Virus record (IMG/VR): IMGVR_UViG_3300020180_000014
Location: 1 to 64,000 of that record
Source: a virus
Reading direction: 5' to 3' (one strand)
Length of the DNA stretch: 64,000 nucleotides
Shown: one piece after another, positions 62,960 to 64,000 of the stretch
How the letters are laid out: each line of letters opens with the position of its first letter
Position numbering within the stretch: position 1 is the stretch's first letter
Notes under the pieces: model-generated
What the model saw: only the letters and a program-made list of their open reading frames with translations
The model's database searches: none
What the model was told of the DNA's origin: nothing
Made by a program: the position numbers and the translations under genes

Positions 62960-64000
62960 CTAGGCCGTTTTCTCCGTGATCGTCTGCTCGCCGCGACGGA
63001 CACTCCAGTCGTCCGGATCCATGTCGACATGGAGTGCGACCGTGGGGTACTCGTGCTGGAACTTCTTGACCATCGCGTGGATGACCTTGCGCAGGCTCGG
63101 ATGCACCGTCTTGCCTGAGCGCAGCTCCAACACGTAGAGCAGTGCTGGTAGCGCGTACGTCACCGAGCACGGCACGCGGAACCCGAGTGCGATGTAGTAC
63201 TGGCGCATCACCTCGCGGCTCGGTTCACCGGCACCGAGCTTGATGATCGCGAAGCGCTGTTCGTCGATCAACGTCTCAGCCTCCGCACGCAGGTCACCAA
63301 GCTGTTCGAGGTACCACGGCTCGAAGCCCCAACTCTCGTCGAGCAGTGGCATGCGGCACACGCCGTTGCGGTGACGCTGGATGTCTCTGAACGAACCGAA
63401 GTCGAGCAGGAAGTCCCACGTGAACGAGCACAGGTCGCTCATGAAGTGCGGCAGCACGGCGCCCTTGGGGCGCGTCTTGAGCAGCTCGTTGTAGCGCGTA
63501 CCGTCCTGCATGATCTCCGAGAGCGGCATCCCCGGGCGGTTCCACGCCGGGTACATCTTCACGCCACCCTCGTCGTGGAAGTGGTGATAACGACGATCAA
63601 CGGAATACGTGAACTGCTTCGCGACGCGATGTTCCCAGTCCTGACGTACGTCGCGCGCGACCTCGTCCTTGTTGCTGACGCCACTGACCGATGCGAGGTT
63701 GAGCCCGAGCCCACTCGACGGATAGCGCTCCTTGAGCTGTCCGCGCAGTGCAACTGCAAGCTGCGAGATCTCGGGCGACGGGTGCGCGTAGAGCCCTGTC
63801 AGGTGATCGCCAGCCTGACGCAGGTTGGTGTGCCACGACAGCTGCGTCGTGATGCCTGCAGGCAGGAACCCGCGCAGGATGTCGAACGTACGGGCCTTGA
63901 TGGCACCGTCGTACGCCGTCTGCTTCTCGGTCTCGCGCTTCGGGTACTTCGCGCGCAGGATCTCACCGACGATGTTCTGCTTGCCCGTGTAGAACGCCAT
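62960..64000 (-). CDS. thyX: FAD-dependent thymidylate synthase (5'-truncated by the window edge)
   Basis: FDILRGFLP...TNLR, DFGSFRDIQRHR, ELRS....H. Confidence 0.85.
   Translation of the reverse strand: MAFYTGKQNIVGEILRAKYPKRETEKQTAYDGAIKARTFDILRGFLPAGITTQLSWHTNLRQAGDHLTGLYAHPSPEISQLAVALRGQLKERYPSSGLGLNLASVSGVSNKDEVARDVRQDWEHRVAKQFTYSVDRRYHHFHDEGGVKMYPAWNRPGMPLSEIMQDGTRYNELLKTRPKGAVLPHFMSDLCSFTWDFLLDFGSFRDIQRHRNGVCRMPLLDESWGFEPWYLEQLGDLRAEAETLIDEQRFAIIKLGAGEPSREVMRQYYIALGFRVPCSVTYALPALLYVLELRSGKTVHPSLRKVIHAMVKKFQHEYPTVALHVDMDPDDWSVRRGEQTITEKTA

Overview
GC-rich, gene-dense window that reads as part of a large bacterial virus genome. The host is probably a myxobacterium, judging from a Myxococcota-style Cys-rich lipoprotein. 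I recognise no terminase, portal, HK97-type capsid or tail genes. Instead, about 1-33 kb and 47-54 kb hold beta-rich candidate jelly-roll capsid and spike proteins, many membrane proteins with C-terminal anchors, small basic Cys-containing proteins, a membrane-anchored transglutaminase-like cysteine protease, a dual-specificity phosphatase and a holin/endolysin pair. This suggests a tailless, membrane-containing virion (inference). The structural proteins share a pervasive G-[LF]-G-small motif, a candidate maturation cleavage site. Many of their genes follow a GATCGC-N4-GCGATC palindrome, then a TANNNT -10 box and a leaderless start. The 33.7-43.4 kb block carries a TROVE/Ro60-like vWA protein, an E2-like protein, a JAB protease, a ubiquitin-like protein with a removable acidic tail and a ThiF/E1 enzyme. 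It ends in an array of four Y-RNA/tRNA-like RNAs that all share one ACC/ACUC internal loop; this is the best candidate for an undescribed system. The right arm holds accessory and replication genes (prim-pol, thyX, SLOG, ART-like). All family calls are by eye from motifs; no searches were run.
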